From NCBI GenBank assembly GCA_900617105.1, contig UYFQ01000811.1:1-52432 (forward strand): a stretch of 52,432 nucleotides of DNA, written 5' to 3'. The notes under the pieces are model-generated. The model saw only the letters and a list, made by a program, of their open reading frames with translations, did no database searches and was not told the origin of the DNA. The position numbers and the translations under genes are program-made. Below are positions 34,502 to 48,990 of this stretch, piece after piece. The DNA comes from Hydrurus foetidus (Eukaryota). How positions within the stretch are numbered: the first letter of the stretch is position 1; every line of letters begins with the position of its first letter.

Positions 34502-36348
34502 ATGTCGAGCAAATTTGCAAAGTATTCTGCTTCTAGCTCTTCCTGTGAGCAGATTGTAAAGATAGGTTACGCAACCGATGTCGAAGGAAACTATGATTAC
34601 TGGTGTCGCTACATCGACCTTTCGGAAATACTGAATCGCAACTCCGGAGGTCAACTGGAATTAAGCCCTGACTGTCATTTTGTTTTTGGTGGCGATGTCG
34701 TTGATCGTGGTCCTGGAGACCTTAGAGTCCTATCTGATCTAGTCAATCTGAGGAGATCGTATCCTGACAGGGTCCACTTCATCATGGGCAATAGAGACAT
34801 CAACAAAATGAGGATTCCAATTGAACTACACCCTTCTATAATCAAAATTCCTCCGAAAGTATTCTGGCTGAAGGAGAATGAGCTGTGTGCCGCAGACAGT
34901 GCGCTTGTACAGACTCCTGCGGAGAAACTTAAATGGGTAAGTGAGTCATGATCGTTTGTATAACTTTCTCTGACATGCAGCATATCGATTTGGGAAGACA
35001 TGATAGCGTACAATCTGCATTGAGCTACAATATATTCCCATTGTGGTGGCCATCATGGCAGTACATATGGATCAACTATCCTATTCTGCAAATGACCCAT
35101 GTTGACGAATCACATGATATCATAGATAAGAGCAATTACTGATTCTACTTGTATCTCTACTGTTGTATTTCTATTGCTTCAATTTTACTGCTTCTGTTTC
35201 TACTCTATTTTAATTTCTACTGTTTCTTTGTCTGTGTTGATTTGTGCAGTGATTGACTCGTTGCACCTGATTGATATTATCTGCAGCAGTAGTAATAGTA
35301 ATGATATCATGGTGAGGTGCTGTGTATACGATGATAACAATAATGACTGTTATGAGGATATCTTAAATGCCACTGTCGCATTGATGATACAGTTATTTCT
35401 CTCCATCTAAATACTGATTGGTTGTAAGGCGAGAACACTGCATCATCTTGTGATATCAGCAAATAGAGTCTATCTTTTCGCTCTTCTGAAATCATTCTTA
35501 ATTAGTACTACCATTAATAAGTTGTGCGTATGCGATACGTTCTTATGAGTCCTGATATCCAACAGAACGATCATGCCGAGCAGATCACAATGTTTTCACT
35601 AGGAGTATGTTATATTGCATTAAAGAAATGACAGTATATATATATATGCGTTATGATTGCAGTACTGTTCTTCATTCAACTCAATTTTTAATGTGGAAAT
35701 ATGTTTTGCATGTACACTGTGTGACCCTGGAAATGTAAAAATCGAAAATACTATTCGATAATCTAGACAAGACCCTGGTCTATCCTTTACTTACTGTTCT
35801 TAATTCTCCAGTAGAATCATGGATTTTTTCAATTTCTGGGTCAGCCTCTTAATAACTGATAATGATACCTGCACATGATTTGATGTGGATACTTTTATAA
35901 AAAGTTAAACCCACACTAATGATGGTTGTGAGAGCAGAAGACGAAATGACAGCCGTAATTAAACATACACACGACCTTGCACATCTCAATCGTATCATTT
36001 TTGTGACTCATATATATTGATAATATAGCTCACTAAGAAATCTTACACTGACTGTTTTAAAAGTCACGTAATCATCATATAATTTACCCAAAACTCGAAA
36101 TAATGATAAAATATTATTTCGATATGTGACTATTAAGACATTAACATAATCTGAAACAATGACATCGCTCAGTGAAAAGTCGACTTTTTACTTTTTAGAT
36201 GCTCACAAGAACGATGGGTTCTCCCTTAGCTTTTGAATACAGAAGAGAAGAGCTGCGCATGATAGGAGGGGATTACGGAGATCAAGATATCGCTGATTCA
36301 TACTTGGGTGGGTGGGGTTGATATTGTTGTGTGCGAGTATGCGTGTAA

Positions 36349-36389
<41 letters not shown>

Positions 36390-39300
36390 TGTGTGTGTGT
36401 GTGTGCGAGTGCTTGTATGCCTGCGTGTGTGTCTTAGTTGTCTTCATGACTTCTTGTTGTCGGTGATTTTCATTACGCTGCACGGCTCGTGCGTGTGTGC
36501 GGCTTTGTGAACATACTCACGTACGTATGTACACACGCACACCTGCAACTATGTGTACATGTGAGTACGTAGTTACATATCTTGAGCAGGATACTGCAGT
36601 GACGAGTGTGCATACTATCGTCTTGCTTAGTTTCTACTGTTGGTCTGTCTGCCTATCTATGTACTGTATATTTGTCTCTCCATCTGGTTGGGTGCACATG
36701 TGTGTGTTTCTTCGTTAGTCTGTTGTTTATCTACGGAATCGAATGCATACGTATCAGTCTGTCTGGATATGTACGCACGAACTATATGTTTATCTTCCCG
36801 TCAGGCAGTGAGTTTGTTTGTTTATCAGTCGATCAGTCAGTATATCACCTTATCCATCAATCTCTGCGTGTGTGTGAGAGAATGTGTGTGTGTTTGTGGA
36901 TTTATATCAGCACGCCTATCTCGCATCACTCCGCCTGTCACCTCCGCATGAATCGTTCCCTCTCCGTGCACTACTCACAGACATTATGAAGCCCGGAGGA
37001 TTGATGACCGAATATCTTCTGAGCGCCAAAATAGCCATCATCATAGGAGACGTACTGATCATTCATGGAGCACTGCATACCTACAACATGGGGTGAGTTG
37101 TGTTGTTGCTGCGTCGCTGTGAGTGTTGGACTGCCGTGTGGTTTGTGAATGAGGGAGTAAGGGAGTGCATGTGTGGGTCAGTCAATCAGGGAGGGAGGGA
37201 GGGAGGCAGAGAGCAGTCAGTGAGGGAATGAGGATGAGAGGGAGAGAGAGAGGTTAGTGAGTAATTCAACTATAGGGTGTGCGAGCATACAGAATACATA
37301 AACAAACAGCACACAGTACACTAATCAACGAGTTATTTAGTAGGGGATTGTCAAGACAAGCAAACCATCATATCAAATTTTACGTGTCACCTGTTTGACT
37401 ACACATATGAAGTCCTTCATGCAGTCATATGTTAAATCACTGCGTCCTTTTCCTACGCACTCTACCAGATGGATACCCCCGGTATGCTCCTTCTCATCGC
37501 CCTCACCCAAAAATGCGGAAAGAGGAGAACAAAATACTGAAATATGGGACGTATTTGACCCTAAATTCCCTCCCACTCCCGAAGCAAGCGGTGCGGTGAC
37601 AGAAGAGGGTGAAGAGAAGCATAGTGCAGTTGAAGTTGAAGTTGTGAGGCCTGCTGAGAGCGTTAACAGTCTGCGTGAAGACTTCTATGCGAATCCATTG
37701 TTCAACATCGCGAACGCACGACAGAACTACGAGGCCGCCCCTTCCTCCTCTGCCCCTACCTACTCCTCTACCTCTTTCTCTCCCTCCTTTGGAACTATTG
37801 CAGACGCTTCTCAGACATTGTCTGCCAGCACAGCAGCAACAGCGATAGCACATGCCACGCCTTCACCCTTGCCTTGGCCTTCTGCTTACACTGATGGAAT
37901 GGGTTCTAGGTCCGGGACAGGGTCTGGAATGGGTTCTAGTTCCGGGACTGGGACGGATTGTGGATCCAGTGTAGTGACTAGGGTGGGGTCCGGGTCTGGA
38001 ATTGGTTCCGGTTCTGTAATAGGTTCTGGGTCCATTGCAACGTCTGGCATTGGTTCTAGTTCCGTCACAGAACCCGTGTCAGAGTCTGGGTCTGGAGAAT
38101 GTTCCGTGAAAAGATCTGATTCACCTCGATTCAAGTCGTCAGCTAGTGTGCCTCGAAATCCTTCGAAAGAGTCCATGAAAGCTCAACAAGCGATTTGTGA
38201 CGTAAGAGAAATCCTCAAGAAACTCAGTACAGATACGAGTTTGGGGTCGGGTGCGGGGAAAGGGGGGTTAGAGTTGGGTTACGATGATATCGACAACGAT
38301 GATGAGGAGCAGCAAATATTGGTAGAGAATGAAGACGCACAAGACGAGCAAGAAGTGGGAGAGAACAGAGGGTATCATGTCATCAGTCAGTGGGGGTCGG
38401 AATCTGACCCAAAGTCCGCCCAGATTATACCGTGTGAATCGGAAGGGTCCGGTAGCTCGACCACAAACGACTTCTCTACCTCTCCCACTACCTCTGCATT
38501 CGGTAGTGCATCATCAGCGCAACGCGATGTTCTGGCAGATGGGACTCATCAGTCTAGTAACAGTAACAGTGATGGTGATGGTGATGATGATGCGATACTT
38601 GGAGCGAGAGTAAGGATTCATCCAGCTAGCTATGTGAGATCAGACCAGTCAGCGACACCCGCTACCGACATAGGTGAGAAGTGGGGTAGTGAATCCGATT
38701 CAATATTATTGTTGACTGTTGTCATTTATTGCTTGTTGGGGTGTGAAACAGTGATGTGACACTCATTACCTATTGTACGGTTGATGCGTGTTGAAGGCAC
38801 GTTTCTAAGCATCTGTACGTGCGTGTGTGTGTGTGTGCGTTTCTACACATGACTGTGTTTGTGCTTATACAGTATGTATGCACGTGTGTGTGTATCGATC
38901 TCACTGCTTATTCTGCATTTCCTCCCATCCCATCCCATCCTATCCCAATACATCTCATCCTTCAAATTTCTTCCACAGCAGACACGCCCTTCTCTCCCTC
39001 CGTGTCGGCCTCCCCCCTCCAAATCCTGAGGTACTCCACCCCTGGGTACGGTCCGATATACCGATCCCACAAACAGCCCCTATCCCCGCCCCTCACTACT
39101 AGTTCCGACCCGACCCCGATATTTACCTCAGTAGTTACCCCAATGATAACTCCAGTAATGAAAGAGGATAAAGATGAAGATGAGAAGGAGAGGGATGTGG
39201 CTGAGTCAGAATCAGCTTCTGTAAGTACGTCCGTTATTCCTATTCCGATTCCGATTGCTATTCCTAAGAACGAGGCGAAAAGGAATGTCTCCATCTCTTC

Positions 39301-42300
39301 TTCTTCAGGAAACAGTCTATCAGGTGCGTACGTATGTACGTGTGCGCATGTGTGCATGAATGTTTGTATGTATGTATGTACGTACGTTTGTATGTGTGTT
39401 TGAATGTGTTTACGTACATGTGTGTGGTGGTGGAAAGGGTCAGGTAGAGGGGTTGGGTTTCCGAATCAAATTAATCCAAACTCGCTACGAATTCTTCCTA
39501 TGTGCTGTATCGATTATAACCATCCATTGCAGCACAATGTGTTCTTGTTCGCTGCATTCAACGAAATGATTGATGGCCAACTATTATGTACATTCGTAGA
39601 AGTACTTACATTTTGATGTCAATGTCCACAACTATGACTCATGAAACTCACCCACTTTACAACCATCTATTCTAAAATTTGCTGTGCAGAACAAGCGGAC
39701 AAATTCCCGGAAGAAGTTAGTCCCACGAATCGCTTCACTTTCCCACGGAAAAAAACTGGTAAATTCCGGAGATTTTCTTGTACGTCATCCACGCAGCAAG
39801 GGTCGGGGTTAGGGGCGGGAAATAGCGGGAATCAGCAGGGTACACCGGGAGGTCCTGTTAAAGAAAAAGGATTAGGAATCCGTGAAGAATTTAAAGGATC
39901 CGGATCTGGTTCAGAAAAACGAGTACGTATACGTTTTTTGTACCTTTTTTTGAATTTTTCTTTCCTTTTTTTCGCTAATTCCTTGTCTTTTACTCCTTTA
40001 TTTCTTCATCAACGTCATTTTTTGTTATGGCATGTAATATCGTGCCATCCGCGTTTTTTTATTTTTGGTTTTTGTTAAGCTAATCTTCTTTTTTAGTATT
40101 TTTCTTCACCCCTTTTCTCTGCTTTTGTCTCTACCTCTTCTCAACCTATTTTCTTCAATATTCACTACAGGCGAGCAGCACGATGTCCCGTGCTGGTCTG
40201 TTGTGCTTGAGACAGTGGGTGCAAGCAATCAATGCGTTCGCTGCCGAAGAGGTAACACTAACATCTCAAAGAATCTTACAATGTCCCGCTGACGCACCCG
40301 ACCTTCCCCTACCCCTACCCCCACACCCCGCACAACCTATCAAGAAAAACGATCACTTGATCCGAAGTCCACGAAAGTAGAATTCTGTAATTATTTTTGC
40401 AAATTTCCCCATATAAATATTTCCCGATCGCATCGCATCTCCCAAAAGATATTTTCCCCGCACAATATCGACATCGTTCCGTCATTACTTGATCAATCTT
40501 CATCACTAGTTTTCATCGAAAATATCGGAAGTGGGAGCAACGAAAAAAAAAAAAAAAAAAGATCATCCGCACCACACGAACGTACTTCACGATGATCGTC
40601 ACTCGCTTCTGTGCCGTCACATTTTAACACTTCATCACTCTTCCTCACTCTATTTTTAGATGAACGACTTCGTGGAGCACATAGAGGCGTACATCGCATT
40701 CGCCACCTCATCCACTGCCTCGTCATCAAACTCCTCCTTCTCTACTGCAACTTCAATTTCAACATCGCTGCCGTCACCATCTTCGAGCGGCAACACTGCC
40801 AGTGATAATCCTCTCGACACAGAAGGAGGGGTGGGAACTGGAACGGGGGTAGGAACAGGTGTAGGTGCAGTGGGTGGCAATGGCGACCAGTCCTTCCAAG
40901 AAGGGTTGTCTTGGTCCTCTGTTGGCGGGTACGATCATCCTCAACCGGGCAGCCGACTGCTACAGTACGGTACGTGTCCATGTTCGTGCTCATGTTCGTG
41001 TACGTGTATGTGGCATCATATTTAGCACATCTTCCATTATTCCATTGTCAGATCCATTCCACTTCCCATCCCTTCCTTCCACTTCTCTTCCTCCTCTCCT
41101 CTCTTCCCTCATCCCTCTCCTTCCTTTTCTTCTCCCTCTCTCTCCTTCCTTTTCTTCTCCTTCTCCCTCTCTCCCTCCTTTCTTCTCCCTCTCCCTCTCC
41201 CTCCCTTTCTTCTCCCTCTCCCTCTCCTCCCTTTCTTCTCCCTCTCCTTCCTTCTCCCTCTCCCTCTCCTCCTTTCTTCTCCCTCTCCCTCTCCCTCCAT
41301 TGCAGCTATGGGCTGGATGCCTGACAAATCCGTAAACCCGTCCACAATCTACGCTAACCATTTAATGAGCAACAACTCATCCGATCCCAATTGTCAAGGC
41401 ATGGGTAAGTACACACTAGACACACACCGCGCACAGCGTACCTCACCTGCAGTAACGAAACAAATCATCCCCACTTTAGCAACGACACTCAACCTCTAGA
41501 AAATACGAAATACGAAATTCTTTCAGTATTCATAATGCTACCCAATATAGTATCGTACAATTTCCTGATCAGCGAATAAACTTAGTCGTGGTGCTGGGAA
41601 GATTCACACGGTGACTTGGTTAACATGTGTGTCTTACTTTTATCGTGTCCGATAAACATTGTGTCAGAGCCATTCTTCCTCTTTTCTTGTTACATCCCTC
41701 ATCTCTAACCACCTATTACACTCTCTCGAACTCTCCCCCTGCTGCACCTGCACCCTCTCTCCTCCCTCTCGCACTCTGATTATGCTCTCTTCCCTGTTAT
41801 TCCCCCTCTGAAATTCTATACCCCCTCACCCTTTATCCCCCTCTAATCGCCTCTCTCTCTCTCTCCTCCTCCTCTTTCCTTCTCACTCTCTCCTCCATCC
41901 CAATCAATCCCACCCACGCGCACTGCTTAGAACCCTCTGTTGAAGTCGCGGAGTATCTAAAAGAAGCACACATTAACAAGATTATAGTCGGACATCAACC
42001 TAGAGGCGACGCTCCTCTTTTGATCGACCTGGGAACTGGAATACAGGTTAGCCATATTTATAATAGAATTTGATTTAATGAAATGGAATTGAATTTAATT
42101 GAATAGAATAGAACGGAATTAAATAAGATAGAACAGTACAGAATACAGTATAATGGAACAGAAGGAATCAGGATGGATAAAGCTGAATTGAATTAAATTG
42201 TGGAGAAGAGCAGAAGAAAGAATAGAAAAGAGAAGAGTTGTACTGTATAAGATAGAATAGAAGAAGATAATATCCTGTAGAATTGAATTGGATCGAATAA

Positions 42301-45300
42301 TGTGGACGTGAAAAATGTCAAAAAATTCAATTATCATAACATTATTAGTATTACAATCTCCGGTCCTGTGTGAAATATTTTCCTGCTAGGAACAACCTCG
42401 AGTATTACACCGTCTACCGTATCCCTTTTTTCTTCCGATTCTTCCCACTTTACTTTTTTTCTCTATCTCTTATTTTATCCCTATTTAGATTATTCATTCT
42501 TCTTCTTTTTATTCTTCTTTTCTTACATCTTCCTCTTTAGTTCTTTACTATTTGAATTCTCATGAACCTTCTTTTTTTGTTTTATTTTTATCTATATTCC
42601 CTTCCTTATTTCCTTCTCCCACCATCTTTCTCTCTCTTAGATTATATCGGCAGACACGTCATACGCGGCCAACACTTTATGGGATTTAACCGGAACAGAT
42701 TCATGGTCTTCTCTCCCGCATAAAAACGCATACACAATAAAGTCCCACGATATCTCCCGATCGTACTCAGTATCATCGAACACCTCCTACACAATTTCGC
42801 CAAATAGAACTATTCTGACGACTCTCTCTCAGACTAATATACGGTGTGGGTCAAATACAGGAACGCATACGCCCAAAGAAAGAGAGAGGGAAAGGGAAAG
42901 GGAAAGAGAGAAGGAAAGAGTGACTGAAATAGTAGAGAAAGACAAGGAGAAGGAAAAAGTCGAAGAGAATGAGAATGAGGGTGAGGGTGAGGGTGAGAAA
43001 AATGATGCAAGTCATGATAGAGTAGGAAGCGATCAAGATGTCATGATGAAGGGAAATGAGGGGGAAAAAAGTTTGGACGAGAAAAAAGATGAGGAGATTG
43101 AAGAAAAAGATTTGGAACGTACGACTGATGAAGACGTCATCGCTGCGCGTACGTTATCGAAAAGTAACATGGAAGAGTTGGTGACTTGTTATTTCAGCGT
43201 GTTGAATACCGAGCGCCCTTCCCCTCCCATTGCCATCTCCCCCTATGCCTCTATCTCTCGCATGGGTTCCAACTCGAACACTCGCTGTCCCACCAGGAGT
43301 GGCAGTGGTAGTGCGCTAGACGGTGGGTTGAGAGACCTGCACGCCTTCGGCAGGAGAAGTGCGAAATGCGTTGATAACAATGCGGTGGATACTGATGGTG
43401 CGGACTTAGAGAAAGAGAGTTCGTGGAGAAGACATAGCATCGTACTAGACTACGCTCCTACCCCACGTCCCGCCTCTCCCTCTCCATCCTCTCCCCCCTC
43501 TTCACTGCCAAATAGCCGGGCTGGCCGGGAAGAGGTGAAGTGTCCGGTAAAGGCGTTATCAGGCTCTGAAAAGGATTCCGGATTCGCCAGTGGGGCAGAT
43601 GAAATTTGTTCAAAACTTGAAGCCATAAAAATCAAATCAGATTCCTACGACTTAAGGCGGTTAAATGGAGAAAAAGAAAAAGAACAAGAACAAGCGGAGA
43701 CAAAAACTAATGAAATTGGTGGAGAAAAACAAAATGGAAAATTTTCCAATGAAGACATGGAAAAAGAGAAAGTGACGGAGAAGGAGAAAGAGAAGGAAAA
43801 AGAAAGAGATAAAGGGGATAAAATGAAATGGAACCCCACCGCGCTACTATCAAATGCTCCGATACCGGTTTGTAAAAATCTTTATTCTTTTCTCCATGCA
43901 ATGTACTGTTACTTCCTTTCTTCTCCCTTCTGGTTCTCCTCTTCACCCCCTCTTTTCACCTGTTCTGCACCCATAGGATGCATGTCTACTTTCAATCACT
44001 TCACTGCCTTCTTATTTCCTGCTCTACTTTTCTCTCATCGTTCCACCTCTATCTCTCCTCTCCACTCTCTCCAATCAATCCAGCATTGCTCCCATTGATT
44101 TTCATCACTTTAATTTTCTCTCACATCTACCACCATTTGTCCCTTTTCGTTTCTAAGCATTTGCTGTGGAAGCTCGGTCCGCCCCAAAGGGAGAACAGCC
44201 GAGGCATCGCTGTGTCGGAGGTGCTGCTTTTTATGCCGCTATCCGCCTTCCAGGCCTCGGGTTCGAATCTCTCCAGTCGCAAAAGAGATCATGGCGCAGA
44301 GATGTCAGGAGATGAAGAGGGGGACAGGGATAGTGTACAGATGAATGCGAGGAAGGGTAGCAGTCATGATGGTAGTGTGTTCAGCTCTACCTCGTCAAGA
44401 CCGAGTAGTTCGTTTGAGAGTAATGAAGGCAGTAGCATCAATACAGCTGATGAAAGAGAAAGAGAGAGAGAAAGGGAAAGAGAAATAGAGAAAGAAATTG
44501 AGAGGGAAATCGAAGAGAGAGAAAAGGAATTGGAAAGGGAAAAAGAAGAAGACAAAGATAAAGACGATGGGAAGCAAAACAATGCGTCATATAGAAAAGG
44601 ACAAAAAGTGACTGAAAATTTGAATTTATTAAGTCGCGCAGCATTCTGGTTATCACGTGATAACAGCACGTTAGGAACATTATGTGCCAATTTGAATTCT
44701 GAGGCTGTTGCGAAGAAAGGGTCGACTGAGTACCCCTTGATAAGAGGGAGGAGCAACTCAACGTCATCACGCGTCTTCGCTCAGAGGAGTGAGAGTACGT
44801 CCAGTGCAACTGTTGCCAACACGGCGACGTGCAGTGACACACACACAGACATTAGTGCATCGGACACGAGCACATCACTACGCATCTCCTCCGACACATC
44901 CCTCCTCACTCTCGACAACCGACACCCCCCACTAGGCATCAAACCATCTTCTGCCACCCAATCCCTGTCCCCCTACATCCTCCCCCCTTTCACCTCTCAA
45001 TCTAACGAGTACGACCCTCAACCCATAGAGCAGGAGACACAGACTGACGCACTAGAAACCAAGAGACTGTCCAGAACGAGAGTTGTCAACTTTAGTATGC
45101 ACTTTCTCAGCCCCTTATTGGAGCCCGGAAGACGACCATCTTCATTCTCGCACACACAGTCACACGCACTTGCCCAATCTTCAACTTCGACTTCATCATC
45201 GAGCACTCCATTTCTTGCCCGTGGTAGACACTCTCCGTCCTATCGACCCGCACACATGCCTAGCCTCCACTTGTCTAGTCTGTTTCGTACCGTATCAGAG

Positions 45301-48300
45301 GACGACTCGGGGGGAGGATTAGAGAGAGAAAGAGCTCTGAAAAGGAACAACTCAAAAAGAAGTCAGACAAAACGACCTGACAACGTTCCTTTGCTCTTGT
45401 TAGAAAGAGTACCGGAGGCTCATCCTCCCTTAAACCGTTTGCCGTCATCCAGTGTAAATTGGAGCCAGAACATCAGACTGCCTCTGTCAACTTCTCTCTC
45501 CACTAGGAACTCCTTCACTTCATTGTCCAATGCATATGTCGCGCCCTACTGCTCCTCAAATATGAACAGGTAACAAGCTGCTTATCGTATGGGAGATTGG
45601 GTGTGTTAGTGCGTGAATTCGTCACTCATGTGCGCACTCTTTGCATCACCCTCTCTCTCATACTGAATCTCTCACTTCATCCCTCTATCCCCCATTACTC
45701 ACCCATTCAGACTATTCCTTCCGCACTCACTGTTTAACGTCCTTCAGTTTGTAGTCAATCATTGTCCGCTTCATTCACTCCTCCTGTCGCCTACACACTT
45801 ACTCACTCACTCACTCTCTAATTCACTTACCCATTCTCATTCATTCACTCACTCACCCATTTGGTTTATATCACGCGGCCACGTTCACTGTGCGCTTTTC
45901 CTCTTTGTTTTCTTTGAATAGCATATTTTGACTGCTCCTTTCTTTTCTTATCTTTTCACGACTTCTTCACGCTCTCTCACAGTCATCCAGCACCATCTCG
46001 TTCCTCAATCATTCTCACTTTGCACTTCTCTTTACCGTCAGTGCATCAACCCCTCTCCATATCATGTACACACTCTTTTCACTGACACTGAGATTTTCAG
46101 ATGATGACAGATTTTTTGATTTTTTTGATGATGATGATGATGAGATTTTATTTCTGATTTCATTTTATCGATGATGATGATGACACGATGACTGATTTTA
46201 TTTTATTTTTTATTTATTTATTTATGAATTTTTTGATTTTTTTGATTTTTTGAAATGATGACGATGATGATGAGATTTCTATGATGATTTTTTCCTGATG
46301 AGATGAAAGATTTTATTTTTATCTGATGATCATGATTTCCTTTGACTTTATTTTTTGTCTTAATTTATTTATTTTATTTCATTCACTTCATTTCTTTTCA
46401 CTTCACTCACTCACTCTCTCTCTGACTTCATCTCTCTGTGTCACTCACACTCACTCACTCACACTCATACTCTCTCTCTTCAGCACACGCCCTCTCAATC
46501 ATTCGAACCCTTTACCTCTTCTCTTTACCCTAAGCGGCCGTACCAGCGCAAAAGTTTCCGGTAGGAAAGGGTCCGTAGGAAACACCCAGTCTTCGCCGTC
46601 CCTGACTAAAAACCCTGTGTCCTCTCCTCTGCTCTCTCGATCAGCCCCTGGGTCGTTCATGTTATCAGTGCAGCCACTGCACTCCCTGTCCCTCTCCCTC
46701 ATTCAGAACCACGCGATAAGCAGCAGTTACAGCAGCAGAGGAAGCAGGAGTCAAGGCACCCACGAACATGCCGTCTATCCATCACCCGCACCTGCACTCT
46801 CCAAGGTACCTATTGTCCGTAGGCGAAATAGAAAGACTTGCTACTTTTTCATACGATCAGAACACGACTAGCATGAGCTGTTTCATCTCTACTGTACATT
46901 TTTGATCCATTGATCCTGTAAGATGGAACGACTAAATCTTACTCTATCTTTGTTTTAATAATCCATTGAGACTGATTTAATCCCTTTCGAGTGACATGCT
47001 TGTTCATTTCTATGTCCGAAATCGTGTCCGTATGCGCAACGTGGCACCGTGATACATTGCTTTTTCTCAGTCATCAACGTCATGTTGACATCACTCTTAC
47101 TTAGCACTGACATCCTCCTAACATCATACCGTAAATCCTGAAATCGCATTCTATGAGAAGTAGACAACACACACAATGATCAATCTGTAGATACACCTCA
47201 GATTGTCAGAAGAACTTTTTATGTTTTGATTTTATTCGAACGCACAACATCGCATCACAGTACATTACATCAAAACAGATAATGATAGTGTGACTCCTTG
47301 TTTTTTTTCCTTAATTTGTCTCTCATTTTTTTCTCAGACTCATGACGGGTGGTTCGTGAAAGCAACAGGCATTCAGCTGAGCGCTGAGGCCATCCTAGAG
47401 GTGCTGAAAAGCTCGCACAACGGATCAATGGTAGACGATGAAATAGACCAGGAAAGCGAAGGAGAGAGGGAGAGGGAGAGGGAGAGGGAAAGAAGAGAGG
47501 ATATGAGGGATAATGAGAATGAAGAGAGTGTAGAGGGTAATCAGATTGGAGGAACCAGCTTGGAAAGGATAACTGAAAATGAGAATCTCGAAGTCGTCGA
47601 TTACTTCACGGACATTCCTTTCTTCGACTATGATGGCGACATAGACGAATCAAGTGAGGAAGAGAAAGAGGGAGAGATGAGAAATGAAGAAGGGGAAGGA
47701 GAGGAGGATGTCTACGAGAACAATGATGACGATGATGATTGCTGTGATGAAGAGTTCATTAACACACCGAAGGCTGGAATGTCATCCAGAGAAGGAGACA
47801 TGGTGGGGGAGAAGGAGAGAGGGGGCGCGAGAGTGCCTCTCTTCTTCCCACCTACTAGAACGACTTCTGAGACGGGGCAAGCACAAGGAGATGGAGGGTC
47901 GCATGGTCAAGTATATGTGGACCGGTCTACCAGAACGTTCTGCAACAGCAGTAGTGATTGTTCGGAAGGGAGCAGAAGCAATGGGAGTAATAGCCGAAAT
48001 GGCAGCAACTTCAACAGCAACAGTAACACAAACACCAACACGAATAGCAGCACGAGCAGTGTCGACCACCATAGACTGAGTCAGGGCACGGGTAGCAGCA
48101 TCAGCAATGGCAGTCACTCTAACTCTTCAAGTGCATCTAATGACTCCCCCAAACCAGACTCTCCCATCAGACTGAGACACATCCGAATGCGCAGAGATGA
48201 AGGAGATGTGCAAGAAGAAGAAGATGAAGGAGATGTGCAAGAAGAAGAAGAAGAGGTAGGGGAGGCAGAGGGGGAAAGAGAGGGGGAAGATGTACATCAC

Positions 48301-48990
48301 CTGACTAGGGCGATCAACAAATTGTCGGTCATACTCGAGAGGGATAGAGGCGACCAGAACATGGAGGAGGGCAACGATAGGGGTGGAGAAAGAGAGAGTT
48401 CGGGTGAGGCAGAGAAAGGCAGGGTCGAGAACAGGGGTCAGGGGTTCGAGAAGGTGGGAGTAAATGCAGTGGAGAGTAGAGGGGGGAAGGTTGAGGGAGA
48501 TGGAGGAGAAGGCAAGGGAGGTAGAGAGAGAGAGACAGCTCAAAGGAGTAGGAGCACCAGTATCGATGCGTGCAACACCAAGGCCCAGGTGATGGAGCTG
48601 AACAAAGGTAGAGAGAGATCACGCAGAGCTGCTGAAGGTAATGCAGCATCCAATCAGCGCATCAGAAGCAGAAGTCGAAGCAGAAATCGCTTTGACTTGA
48701 AGGCTGACGCGTGCTGGCGACTTGGCAGTGTCAAGGACAGCAGAGCGAGCTCGAAGATGTTCAATGCGAGCGGCAGTCTACGCAACCCTAAATACACATC
48801 TCTCTCTACCTCCATCTCGGAGAGCGGGGGAAGGGACAGCAATTATACCGTAACTGGCAGTAACTACCCAGCCATTCCGGTTATTTATCTCCTCTCCCAG
48901 TCGCAAGGATTTACGGTAAAAAATAAATTTGTGTCTGAAGAGCAACTCATTAGGCTACTCCTCGAATCTCATCTTGGGGACGGAGTCTAG
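34502..48990 (+). CDS. ~2535-aa calcineurin-like metallophosphoesterase-fold protein with large low-complexity insertions; exons ~34502-34936, 36199-36307, 36981-37092, 37469-38673, 38979-39323, 39690-39922, 40171-40251, 40660-40969, 41306-41404, 41931-42046, 42641-43867, 44158-45569, 46535-46805, 47338-48990
   Basis: Motifs in canonical order: TDVEGN, GGDVVDRG, GNRD (exon 1), IIHGA (exon 3), IVGHQP (exon 10), ADTSY (exon 11). GT-AG junctions sum to 7608 nt in frame. The later exon boundaries are less certain. Confidence 0.78.
36348..36405. repeat. (GT)n(GA)n(GT)n compound microsatellite in an intron
   Basis: Directly visible. Confidence 0.92.
41055..41300. repeat. Long (CT/CCCTCT)n polypyrimidine tract before the acceptor at 41305
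   Basis: About 245 nt almost entirely C/T. Confidence 0.9.
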
